Below, in pieces: positions 12,961 to 24,290 of a DNA stretch of 64,000 nt. Within the stretch, counting starts at the first letter, position 1. Each line of letters opens with the position of its first letter. A program made the position numbers and the translations under genes. The notes beneath the pieces are model-generated. The model did not search any database. It saw nothing but the letters and a program-made list of their open reading frames with translations, and was not told where the DNA came from. The DNA comes from Dicyema japonicum (lineage: Eukaryota; Animalia; Dicyemida), in assembly GCA_011109175.1 (NCBI GenBank), contig RDEW01000009.1, positions 1,167,652-1,231,651 of the forward strand, read 5' to 3'.

Positions 12961-13604
12961 TATGAATATCATTGATCTACAAAATTATATTCGATATTTA
13001 TATTTATCCCAACTAGAACTACGAATCTTTAAGTTCCTAAGTTTCTCCCTGACCAAATCCACTGAAGATTACTATTATGAAATCTCTTCCGTCTATCAAT
13101 GAAGACATTTCCGCGACGGTAGGACGTGTGATGAAAATAGAAGAGGGCGATCCCACTTTTCCATCACAAAAAACATAAAATTTTCCTTTGCTTTGCTAAT
13201 AGGAAGGTAAATTATCGTTTCCTTGGAGAAATGATTAATTCAGAGTTTTCTTCAAGAGAAGACAAGTTTCATCGTAGTTAAAAATATTTTCCTTCCCGTA
13301 TTGGACAATTTTTTCATTAGTGATACAAGGTCATCTTCCATCGCGAAAACATGCATTTTTGTCACCTGTAAGGACTTCAACTCGTGTATTTATTAAAGTT
13401 TTCTAACCACCCATTTGATGCCTTAAAAGTCTCTATGTGCAATGTTTGAACCTAAAGTCAATGTGGAGATTATCACTAAGACTTATTCGAGCTATTGTAT
13501 AATGCTCATTCTGAAATTTTGTGCCAAGAATCTGTGAGAATAGACTTTTCGATATGAAAAGAGCTATTTCAAATTTGTATTGCTATTTTAGGCTCATTTG
13601 GCAT

Positions 13605-13800
13605 AGTGGTTAGGCGTCGGGCAAAGTGACTTAGGTTACGGGTTCGATTCTCGCTGCTGTTCACCTGGTGGAAGGTTCCACGCATCTACGATGCTATAGG
13701 GCTTGACGAGTGACGCCGTCATCAGTGGACTCTCACTGCGGAACTGGATTGTCTAGAAAGGACCCACACACAAGAAATAGAAAATAGAAGTGAATATCAT
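13605..13800 (+). mobile_element. tRNA-headed SINE
   Basis: A-box TGGCATAGTGG and B-box GGTTCGATTC, then a body (GAAGGTTCCAC...GAGTGACGCCGTCATCAGTG...) shared with 32915, 48340-48950, 54295 and 61225. Confidence 0.8.
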
Positions 13801-14231
13801 TCCTCTTCTTTCAGATATTGCTCTTGATTTTGAAAAGTCCATGCTCTCTTGATTAATCATCTTGACATTGGAAAGTTTCCCATGGCTTCTTTGAATAGCA
13901 GTAGACTGAGGATTTATTCCCGGGAACTCCTCTCCCAGTCTTCTTCCAAATATGTTTTTTGAAGTGTCTGCTAGAGCACGTCATTGGTTTAAAGTTTAAA
14001 CCATACTCTCATGCTTGGGCATCATGACGCTTGAAAATTTGCCATAACAATATTGAATATCAGTAAATTGAGGGTTGATTCCCGGGGAACCCTCTTTCCA
14101 GTATGATATTTAAACTGTAAAAATAAATTCAGACTTCCAAATTTCGCATATACTAAGGTTCTTTAGTTTATCATTCACTTACATGTGTAAGAACCAAATA
14201 ATGCATAATCTCCCTAACCAATGGTTATTAG

Positions 14232-15490
14232 TAGGGCGGAAATTGTCATATTTTAATGTGAAATTGTCCTAAAATAGGACATAATTATTTTTTTTAATTT
14301 TGTTAATTTTTTTTTTCATTTCTGTTTAAACTACACGTTATAAATTGATTTTGTTGTGTATTAGAAGTCTTAATTAATGAGGTTTGTATTATTTTCTCAA
14401 TTATTATAAAACCATTAGATCTCAGAGGCAAAAATGGGAAACGAATTTCAAAAGCAATCCAAAAAATTATGCATATTTACAAGAAAACCTAAAGGAGATT
14501 TATTTTGCTAAAAATGCTCTAAAATAGTACAATCATCTTAACAGCACTACATCGATCAACATTTTAATGGAAAAAAAACATCAGACTGAATGTCAAAAAA
14601 GTATAGAGATCTTTCAAATTTTTATATAAATAATTCTATTTAATTTTTTAGAAGAAAATAATTTATTACTAAACAAGAAAATCAAAATAATCCAGCTGAT
14701 AGAATGGAATAGTTGTTTCTCATGATCCAGAGAAATCCTTTGGAACAACCATTCGGTTTCCCGACGCTCATTGCTAACTTTCGAAATCATTGACTCAAGC
14801 AATCTTATAAAGAAACCCTCTTGGGGCCGAAGACTTCACTCGTTTCGACAACAATGGGCTGAACATGTAATCAATGGAGAGGCTGTCGTATTTTTTATTT
14901 TGAAATTCTCAAAAGTCCGAACAGCCTACCCAGCATTCAACGTGGAACCAGCAAGTCTCGACTGGGAAAAGGCCCCATCCCAAATCAAGCATTTCCCTCG
15001 AGAGAAGGGAAAGACAGCTACCCCGTCTGGGTGCTTTCCATCTCCACGATCCAGTCGTTTCAAAAGAGCACTTCACAACCCCGTTGATCGCTATATGCCT
15101 TGGAACCTTTGCCGTGACGTAGGAGAGTGGGTGAAGTCCTTTGCAGTCTACAACAGATCCACAACGGCATGGATGAGACTGGCACAGGTCGATCACAAGA
15201 CGAATAGAAATCCCACTCCGGAGGGCGTCCTGTTCCAGAAAGGAACCAATTGACGATGATGGGAACTCGTTCAGCCAAACACCGATGTGACCCCTCTCTA
15301 CCGACGTACGATATCCTCTGTCCTTTTTGCAACCTCTACGTGTTGACAACAAATAACCTATTTGAATTTCATGTATTGGCACAACGTTCGTCTTCAATGA
15401 AAAATAAAAAAATAATTTAATTTTCCTATTTTTTTTCAAAATGTCCTAATTGTTAAAATGTCCTAAAAATTGTCCTATTATTTTCCCCTA
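14232..15490. mobile_element. Non-autonomous hAT-family DNA transposon (1259 bp)
   Basis: 8-bp TSD GTTATTAG at 14224-14231 and 15491-15498; imperfect TIR TAGGG(C/G)GGAAA; subterminal AGGACA/TGTCCT repeats; possible transposase C-terminal remnant at 14614-14802. Confidence 0.8.
14840..15340 (-). mobile_element. CRE-like RLE retrotransposon fragment nested in the hAT element
   Basis: CRCGSVVDCKGLHPLS...PRHIAINGVV zinc-knuckle/RH motif and GKRPDG. Confidence 0.8.
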
Positions 15491-16119
15491 GTTATTAGTC
15501 ATATTTCGATGAAAAACCACTTTGTTACCATAGTTACCGAATTAATATTTATAATCAACCTTGTTAATGAGTATTCATTTTCACATAATTAGTTGACGTA
15601 ACTAAGAATAATGAGGAATTATATTAACATTCCTTTGATTATTGGTAATCTTAGATGTAATTGCATAACTCGTAGGTCAAATTGAATTGAGAGCCTCTCT
15701 ATGAGGATATTATGTAGGATCCATTATTCAATTTTATGTATTCCCTTCTGTTTATTTACATTTTCGACTAAAATCATTGTGCTTGGATATAAAACCGCAG
15801 AAAGCGATTTAGAACTTGATTAGGCTATTATGAATATAGCAATTTCGATAAACTCTGAATTTCGATAACAAAATATTAACAAAACTCACATCGCATGCTC
15901 AATGCCTGCAGACCATAATAAAGCCCTTTGACTTTGATTGACATTCGTTTTCTTAAACTTGTCACTGTTATAAACTAAGCACATTACACGTCATAAACAG
16001 ATACAACACACTATTCCAATCAACTTTGATACACTAATCTGTTAGCTTATGATTTATAATCACACCAGGATAGGCTAGCACGAGTCGAAATTCTCAATGA
16101 AAATATGCAACCTTAAAAG

Positions 16120-16330
16120 GACAATTCGTTTTTAGCCCGTTCCAGTCGAAACCTCGAAGAACATAGGACCAATTGTTTCCTTATTACGCACCATCGGATC
16201 GTTGATAGTAAAAAGACAACCGAAAAGAGGGATGGCGAAAGCATTTCCGTAAAAAAACGTAAGAGCAAATGTTCTGAATGGCGAAAGTTGCTTACTAATG
16301 TCATTTTGATACAATGACAAGTTTTTGACT
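16120..16330 (+). mobile_element. CRE-like 3' fragment
   Basis: PVPVETSKNIGPIVSLLRTIGSLI; homologous to 47050-47200 and 53990-54110. Confidence 0.55.
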
Positions 16331-16554
16331 TTATAAATATTCATAGTATTCTGGTCTTGTCTCATAATCTACTTAAGGAGAGATTTAATCCCGCATATTT
16401 TCATATATTGAAAATTCAATACTAGGGAGATCAAACAGACCATATAATGTAGACTATAAAGATCAGTCCATCTATTGAACCAGGTTTCATGCCAGTAGTT
16501 ATAATAACCACACAAACAACCAAATAAACCAATGATAATTTAAAAAGCTCAATA

Positions 16555-18017
16555 TTATTGATGAACAGATAGCTTTATAGCTGACTGAGACTTCTTCCGA
16601 TCCTTCTCCTTCTTTAATTTGAACCTACAAATCCCCCAAACCACATACGAAGAGAATGATGGATACTGTTTAATCATTGCAGCCATCTCATTCTCAAAAT
16701 CAGTCTTCAAACCCTCCAATTTTTGTCTTCTATTCGCATTCTCTTTTTGGTAAACTTGAATTTTGACTTCATACTGAAAATATAACCCCCAGTCCAACCG
16801 CATTCTGGCTTCCCTCTAACAGGGCCTTCTTCTGGGAGATCTTTGACCGGAATAACTCGTCCATCTTCTGCTCAGCCTCCCGTATTTTTTCTTCCATGGA
16901 AATTCGCTCATTCTCCAACAAACTGATGGGGTTACTTAATGCTCCCGAGTCCTGTTTATAGCCTATCCTCGAGGTCCTGTACCTCTTATAGGTCACAGAA
17001 TCTGTATAATGGATCAGCTCAGGTAGACCCACACTACAATTCACTCAATCACTACCACAACAGCAAATACCGCAAAGCATGCAGATCAGAGTGCTTTAGA
17101 TTGTCAACTAAATGTTACTTCAAACTACTCACTTTCAACTACCCCCCAATCGTAACTCCTTCCACGAATACTCCGGTCCTCCATCTTGCAAATTTCTTCA
17201 CTAGCCACCACAGCGAAGGGTACCCTTTTCTGAGGATAAAGACTAAACTTACAGCCATGTCCTCAGTCATCAAACTTGCCTTATCACTGGCGTGCATATC
17301 CAGGGAGCGGAAGTCGAAAATCTGAATCGTCTCAGTCAAGAATTGGTCCATAAGGTCGGCTTTGAGTGACCGGATTTCCTCAGAGGTGAAGCAGTCACCC
17401 TTCGTAATCACGGGGACTATTGCCACGTGCTCCATAATCGTCTTCAATGTGCAGAGGTCGATTTGTCGGAGTTTTGAGCGGATCAGATACAGACAACAGT
17501 GGATCCGACAGTCGTCAAGAACACATGGTCGGTTCAGTGCGCTCTCAGCATTGAAATACTCTTCAAATCGGTCGGTTATGCATTTTTCGATGATGGACCA
17601 ACTAAGAATCCATAGAAAAAACAAAAAACCAGTCTGAGTTGTCTATGAGGTTACCGAAGTCACGGACACGGAAAATACGGAGATGGAGTTTCACGTCGTT
17701 CTCAGTAAGGACGACCTCGGTGACGTTAATCTATGGAAATAACATATGAATGGGGGACTGATATTTTCTTAGCGTTTGGAAGATCGTGAGTTTGCTTTTG
17801 CATGATTTTGGCGTTAAAGAGAGAGTTGATTAATGTGGTACAACCAATGCCCGATTCACCTGGAATTATTGTGAGAGATACCGACTACAAGGATGTTGAA
17901 CTGGATACCCTTCTCAGTTATCTTCTTATGTAACTGATTTGGAAGATTTCCGAATCCAATGTAACTTTTTTGACACCCGGTAGGACAGGAATCACCTCCA
18001 TTCTCTTTGTTCTTCAT
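16555..18017 (-). CDS. Septin (SEPT7-like) with degenerate G1/G3 motifs, multi-exon
   Basis: YIGFGNLPNQ, GESGIGCTTLINSLF, RIHCCLY, VPVITKGD, RGRSYDWGVVEIDN and a C-terminal coiled coil; in frame after removing 22-28 nt introns. Confidence 0.92.
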
Positions 18018-18221
18018 AAAAGGTTCGTTTGTATTATCTTCAAATGGTTTTACCCTTTAAAATTATGATGATGTTTTATTTTAACAACAATAATAATACA
18101 CACATAGCAAACAAACAAACGCGGTTACAGAGAATATTTTATTGTTAATTTAAAATGATGTTTTAATTAAAAATTTACTTTATTTAATTAACAAAAAATT
18201 AATATTTTAACAATTTATTTA

Positions 18222-18270
18222 TTAACCCCGGATACATCGAGAAAGAAGTTAAAGTAAACAAATTTAATTT
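18222..18270 (-). mobile_element. 3' end of short non-autonomous element family
   Basis: ATTAACCCCGGATAC...GAGAAAGAAGTTAAAGTAA shared with 22455-22505 and 46298. Confidence 0.55.
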
Positions 18271-18278
18271 AATTAAAA

Positions 18279-18520
18279 CGTGGTCTCATGTGGTCTACCA
18301 TTTATGAAAGTTCTGGAGGCGCTCAGGGTGCACTTAATGCACCGCGGAAAAGGAACATTAACTACCTCCCATCCGAAGAAGGACTCTTCGGAAGACGGCC
18401 TCTATCTTTTCTTAAACCTCATCGGCTGAATGGGTTTCTGATAATTCTCGCTGGTGACATTGAACTTAATACGGGCCCCCACTCTCAATTCTGCAGATAA
18501 ACATCAACGGAATCAAAAGC
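18279..18520 (+). mobile_element. 5' end of an Ingi/Vingi-like LINE with a decayed 2A-like motif
   Basis: Head GTGGTCTCATGTGG (cf. GTGGCGTCATGTG at 30110); hairpins GGTGCA-CTTAA-TGCACC and CCGAAGA-AGGAC-TCTTCGG; LIILAGDIELNTGP with the DIELNTGP core at 18456-18479. Confidence 0.6.
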
Positions 18521-18539
18521 AAAATTCTCAAACTACGGT

Positions 18540-20790
18540 CTTTCATTAATGAACAGATCATTGACCTGATTTTACTTCAAGAAAGCTGACTTCCTCCATC
18601 ATTATTTCTTTTCGTCTATCCGCCTTTTTCAGTATCCATGATTTTGCGCCGTATAGAAAAACCTGGAACACGATAGCATTAACCAGTCTGCATTTGGTCT
18701 TTAAGCAAATATCTTTGCTTTCCCAAATTCTATTCATTCTCTGGAAGGTGTCTCGTCCCATGGCAATTCGCCTCTTGATTTCCAAGCCTCCGTCACCATT
18801 CCGATTAATTAGACATCCCAGAAAGACAACATTATTGCAACTCTCTATTTTGTCATTCCCAATTTTTAGTTCCATTATTCCATTATTAGCAGTAGTCATA
18901 ATTTTGGTCTTCTTGATATTTAGCAATAAACCAAAGACGGCGCTCTCTTCTCTGAATCTAGAATCAACTCCCTGAGGCCATCCTCTGTTTTAGCCAGTAA
19001 GGTTGTATCGTCAGCATAGCGCAAATTATTGATGTTCCTGCTCCCAATTTTAATTCCGTTATTTGATGCAGTATCTAATTTAGTCATTATCATTTTTGCA
19101 TAAATATTGAATATGATGGGAGATAATAAGCATAAATATTGAATAGGATGGAGATTTTCTACTTACGTGGCCAAATACCAGTTTCCCAAATTTTTTGACA
19201 TAGACTGGTGATAGCTGTCACCGGTATAGCCTTCAACAATTCGCTTGAGATGTTGTCAATCCCCCGTGCCTTGTTCCCCGTTAATTGCCGTGTAGCCCAC
19301 ACAGCATTCATCCTCAAGGATTTTATGCCCCTCACCCAACGTTGCTTCATCAACACATATGGGTGGGCACACAGTTTCTGAATATAGCCGTTCCGTATAT
19401 TCTCTCCAACGATTTCGGATATTCTGTTGGCTTAGCAATTCTACACCATCCTTGTCCTTGATTTTGCCCATCATTTTCGTAAAGGGGGTTCGTAATCTTT
19501 TTAGTTGTTAATACGCATTCCTAGTGTGACCTCTCCTAAAGTCATGTTCCATTTTTTGCAGTGTAACCTCCAGTAGTCTTCTTTATTCTTCCTGGCTGCC
19601 TTTTTGAATTCAGAGTTAAGTTTTCTTATCTCGTCTATATTCCCAGAGACTTTAGCAGCTTTACGAGCCTCAGCAATGTTTAGGGTGTTGGTAGAGAGCC
19701 ACTCAGAGCACTTGGCCGGCGTTTTGTATTTGACATGTTTTATTGCAGCGTTCCTGATAACCAACTGCATATCATTCCATAATTCATCAGGCATCCTTCC
19801 GTTCAAATCCAGTAATCCAATATTGTGCTTAACTTCCATTGCGTATTCTGGTGGTATGTTTGAGACATCGAATTTCTTTACTCGGGGGTATTCCAAGTGT
19901 TACTGAATTTCGTCCTAATTTTTGCAACAAGTAGCTGATGATCTGTTCCACAGTCTGCCCCTGGATATGTTTTGACGGCTGTTATAGAGCTTTTCCAGCG
20001 TTTGGCGCACAAAATATAATCAATCTGGTTCCTAGACATTCCATTTGGCGACGTCCAAGTGTATAATCGTCGTTTGTGCTGTTTGAACCATGTGTTAGTT
20101 ATCTGAAATCCATTTTCCTGACAGAATTGGACCAGTCGATCCCCAGCATCATTTCTTTTCCCCAAACCAAAACTTCCCACAATATCCGTATGTGGCATAC
20201 ACCCAACTTTTGAATTGAAATCCCCCATTATGTAGGTTATGTCCTTTTTGGGTATTAGTTTTAGTGCCTCTTGAAATTCATAATAAAATTGGTCAATTTC
20301 GTCATCCTTGGCAATAGATGTTGGGGCATACACTTGCATGACCGTAATATTCAATGGTCGTCCACGGACGTGGATTAGTATTATCCGATCATTAAATATT
20401 CTATGACTTTCAATAGCACGTGCAATTTTCTTTGAAGCAATGAAGGCCACTCCGTTTCTCTTCGCATTAATGTTACCAGAATAATATATGACGAAATCAT
20501 CAGAACGAAAAAAACCATTGTCAATCCAATGAAGTTCGCTTACTCCAAGCAGGTCAATACCAAGCCTTCTCATTTCTCTTTTACGACTTCTAGTTTCCTT
20601 TCGTTTAAGCCTCTTACGTTCCATGTTGCGAAATTGTGAGATTCTGTGTGACGAAGACTCGAGATTTGATGTTTTGCAGTAACGTTGCTTCCAAATAGAT
20701 CGTAGGAGAGTTTGTTCATAAGATTTTCTTGGCATTTAAATACAGGGTAGGTAGCCAGGTCTTTCCCCATCAACAGCTCTTATATTGGAA
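18540..20790 (-). mobile_element. RTE-clade LINE (BovB-like), frameshifted, with the central RT deleted
   Basis: APE domain (QVYAPT, GDFNSKVG, YTWTSPNG...NQIDYIL, DCGTDH); RT N-terminus GNKARGIDNISSELLK; NNLRYADD at about 19010-19030; C-terminal LVNAIVFQVFLYG. Confidence 0.9.
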
Positions 20791-20829
20791 TAAGTTTTAG
20801 AGAATGTATAAACACCACAACAACACGTT

Positions 20830-21470
20830 GCAACAACACGTGATTTCCTTATTACGTCTTTATTTACCTCAGACAAACGACTTGGACAAATGACAGTGGA
20901 CATATTTATCAACCAGACAAAAATTCCTTTCACGAAGAAACTGAAAATCTTGGAGATCACCTTCGACACACACATGTCCCTTTCATCTCACGTCGACGAT
21001 GTCTCTGGAAGCTGCTCAAGAAAGCTAGGGATTATCAAAACTTTTTTTGGTGATATTAAAACCCTTTTCTCAGCTTTGAATTTGTTGTACAAACAATTCA
21101 TTGAGACATCTGTCAGCTATGTCTGTACGTCATGGGGAATCAATCTGTCCTGGACGAACAAACGAAGAATCCGGGACACTCAGGCCTTAACAGCTTATAC
21201 TATTAGTAATCTCGGGAAACTAGAAAAACTAATACCTTCATCACTTGAAGACCTTATCCGATAATTGGATAGGAATTTGCTACCCTGTGCAGGCGGTGCA
21301 ACTCTCAACAATACACATCTACGACGTGTCTTATGAGAAGGGTATACATCACTCTTCTCTAATTTCTATTACCTAAAGCACCCCGCCCGGAGAGATGTTG
21401 GGTGGATCCCAGAAGGTGCACGAGAAGAAGATGAGAAATCTGATTGAGGCCTTCGAGATCAATTAATTTA
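20830..21470 (+). mobile_element. APE-LINE 3' portion (post-RT) with terminus
   Basis: KLKILEITFDTHMSL...; ends EKKMRNLIEAFEIN*. Confidence 0.75.
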
Positions 21471-21803
21471 GTAATTCAATTAACTATTGGTGTTCTTGGA
21501 TTAATACTATGATAATTGGACTGTTTTCTCTATCAGATTCTCTCTTGATATGCGCGGACCAACACTGATTTTTGGAATATTTACCCTGACCGAGAGATTC
21601 TCTCTGGCTTAGATTCCACGTTTGTAGTTACGAAGGGGTATTTCCTATACAAGATGTTGCTAAAAAAGACACACAATGGTACTTAATGTTACTTGTAAGG
21701 CAAAATGGTTTTTCGAAGAACTTCCGAAAGCAATGTTGGGAGTTGGTATTATTTTTTATTTTATTGAACCAAAAAACCACCGTCATAACCAAAATAAACA
21801 AAT

Positions 21804-21957
21804 TCAGGTGATCCCAGCCTCCCTTAGCAGTCTCCGCATCTTTTCTCGGTGTTCCGACTGCGTTCCTGGCGACGGAGTCCGCATACCCGATCCTTCGGAA
21901 GGCACTGTTCCAGTCGCCTCTATCATGTTTTCTAAGTTTCTTGGCAGGATTTCCACT
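21804..21957 (-). mobile_element. APE-LINE 3' end
   Basis: SEHREKMRRLLREAGIT* followed by a T-rich tail. Confidence 0.75.
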
Positions 21958-22445
21958 CGAAGAAACTGAAAATCTTGGGGATCACCTTCGACACACACAT
22001 GTCCGTTTGATCTCACGTCGACGCTGTCTCTGGAAGCTGCTCAAAAAAGCTAGGTATAATCAAATCTTTTTTTGGTGGTATTAAAACCCCTTTCCCAGCT
22101 TTGAAATTGTTGTACAAACAATTCATTGAGACATCTGTGTCAGCTATGTCTGTACGTCATGGGGAATCAATCTGTCCTGGACGAACAAACGAAAAATCCG
22201 GGACACTCAGGCCTTAACAGCTACTACTATTAGTAATTTCGGGAAGGATTTGCTACCCTGTGCAGGCAGTGCAACTCTTAACAGTACACAGCCACGTGGT
22301 TTCTTATAAGAAGTGTATACATCACCCCTCTCCAATTCCTATTCCCGAAACCACCCCGCCCAGAGTTGTGTTAAATCCCAGAAGGCGCACGAATTATGAT
22401 TGAGACCTTCGAGATCACTTAATTAAATTAACTATTGGTGTTCTT
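21958..22445 (+). repeat. Second, diverged direct copy of the LINE 3' segment at about 20933-21500
   Basis: Long near-identical stretches (GAAGAAACTGAAAATCTTGG...GGGAATCAATCTGTCCTGGACGAAC...) with small indels. Confidence 0.85.
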
Positions 22446-22454
22446 GAATCAATT

Positions 22455-22703
22455 ATTATTATTTATTAACCCCGGATACACCGAGAAAGAAGTTAAAGTA
22501 ACCAACTAATTAAGTGCATCCAGTTTCCACTTCTACAGAAACAGAGTCCATCCGGAATCAGCATAAAGGGTAAGACGTCCATTACATGCAGTTGTGGAAA
22601 CCCCTCCAGTGGAGTGGGGAAGAGCAAATGATCCTTTTTCATGCCGGCCTGGCACTGGGCGTCACCTAGACAGGTGGATCACATGACGCCACTCTATTAG
22701 GAA
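22455..22703 (-). mobile_element. Short non-autonomous retroelement (GTGGCGTCATGTG head)
   Basis: Minus strand starts GAGTGGCGTCATGTGATCCACC...GACGCCCAGTGCC and contains GCACTTAATTAGTTGG near its ...TATCCGGGGTTAA end. Confidence 0.7.
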
Positions 22704-22754
22704 GAGAGAGGAGGAACAGACAAGCAAACAGAAAATTTAAACCAATCAATAATA

Positions 22755-23292
22755 ATACAAATGATGACCCAATTCCCATAAATGATGTCCAAGTTATATA
22801 TATTATAATAATAAATAATTTAGGGAAAAAGTATTTTATTCAATTAATCAATTATTAATTCCATTTACCCTTTCCCAAAAACTGTTGTACTTTTTTATCT
22901 TTCTTTTTTCGGCCTACTGTCTTGTAAAGATCACCGAAAGTAGGATCCTCGAGTCCACAGCTTTCGATCTTTTGTATACACCTGTTCAAACTCTTTTTAC
23001 TGATCAAAGTGATCTCAATCAACTCTTCCTTTGTTTTAACTTTGTAAAGTCTTTTAATTTGATTAAATAGACTTTCGTTCATAAAAACCTTGCGACTTTT
23101 CATATCTGTATTAGTTGATACCATAATAGGGGAAATTAAACAAATCTAAAAAATTAAAATTTTAAAATATAGATTTACTTGTGTATTATTTATATATATA
23201 ACTTGGACATCATTTATGGGAATTGGGTCATCATGTATGGGAATTTGGTCAACATTTATGGGAATTGGGTCAACATTTAAGGGATTGAGTGT
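22755..23292 (-). mobile_element. Internally deleted Tc1/mariner-like element with a transposase N-terminal (HTH-like) ORF at 22855-23124
   Basis: About 55-bp inverted repeat (22755-22810 vs 23185-23235); three about 21-bp subrepeats in the right arm; right end ...GATTGAGTG|TA; the ORF ends in a basic GRKKK motif. Confidence 0.55.
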
Positions 23293-23379
23293 AATAATAA
23301 CTAAGTGTGTCCAGTTTCCACTTCTACAGAAAGAATCCATCCGGAATCAACAATAAATAAATAATTTTTAACAATTAGC

Positions 23380-24110
23380 AAGTCTCATCAGGGAGGTTTG
23401 ATTCTAGTTGCTGAAAAGCTCCGAGAGTGTATTGTCTAATTGAACCTTCTGCCCATATGGCATCTCCGAGCTCTGTCTCCTATACTCCAATGTAAGGCTC
23501 TCTAAAAATGGCCGCGTGGCGTCATGTGGTGCTATGTGGCTAATATGTCAAAAATTATTTTCTCTCCCTTTGATAGCGGCATTGGATCCACCTTACTGAG
23601 GAGACACCCAGTGCCTGGCTGACATCAAGAGGATCCACTACTCTTTCCTCGGGGTCAATGTCGTTACCTGGAGACAAGTTATGAAACGCTGGAACGAGTC
23701 AGGATAAAGGAGTTAGTTTAAGTTACCCTTTGGAATAATTTTTTAAGGCTCTCTAAGGTTCGCTTTAAAACAGTGAACTGTAGGTACGTCTTGAGCTAAC
23801 TGTCTTATATAACCATGGTGGTACTTTGTTACAATTGTTTCCCACATCATTACTATTTGAATAACGAGGACCTAGCAACTAACCATCTTCCATATCTCGT
23901 TTTCAAGGATGTCATACTTCCTTTTTTCTCCCCTCCAAGTCTGCAAACCGTCTTGAGACGTAATGCACTTTTATGATAAGCACTTGGTCAGACTCCTTAT
24001 CGTGCCGAGTGGTTAAATGATCAATCGACATGCTCCTTGACTTACAATGGAGACATGTATTTGTTGATCGACCCCCAAAAATATTGCTGTCTTGCACATA
24101 CGTGTACAAT
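23380..24110 (-). mobile_element. RLE non-LTR retrotransposon 3' fragment (CCHC + C-terminus), interrupted by an insertion
   Basis: CLHCKSRSMSIDHLTTR; 3' region homologous to 29690-30005. Confidence 0.7.
23506..23743 (+). mobile_element. Short non-autonomous element with a 13-bp TSD
   Basis: TAAGGCTCTCTAA at 23493-23505 and 23744-23756; the empty site is visible in the homologue at about 29833; copies at 52538 and 59633. Confidence 0.85.
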
Positions 24111-24290
24111 GCCTCCGATAAAGGTGAGTTGTCATTGTATCTAAGTGTGGACTGTGCAATGCTCTTAAGATAAAATTATGGAAGCTTTTTAAGTGATTTT
24201 TAAAAAAATTATAATTTAATCAATGTCTTCACATTTACTAGCCCACCATCAACAAAACCATAATTAGCAGACAAAAAGTATAATAGTGGC

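Noticed and set aside
13700-13745. Hammerhead ribozyme (CTGATGA on the minus strand of the SINE core, also at 33030)
   Set aside because: There is no correctly placed GAAA after stem II and no stem III/cleavage triplet.
18222-18240. piggyBac terminus (TTAACCCCGG, also at 22466 and 46298)
   Set aside because: No paired inverted end was found. The motif is the 3' end plus AT tail of the short retroposed family on the minus strand.
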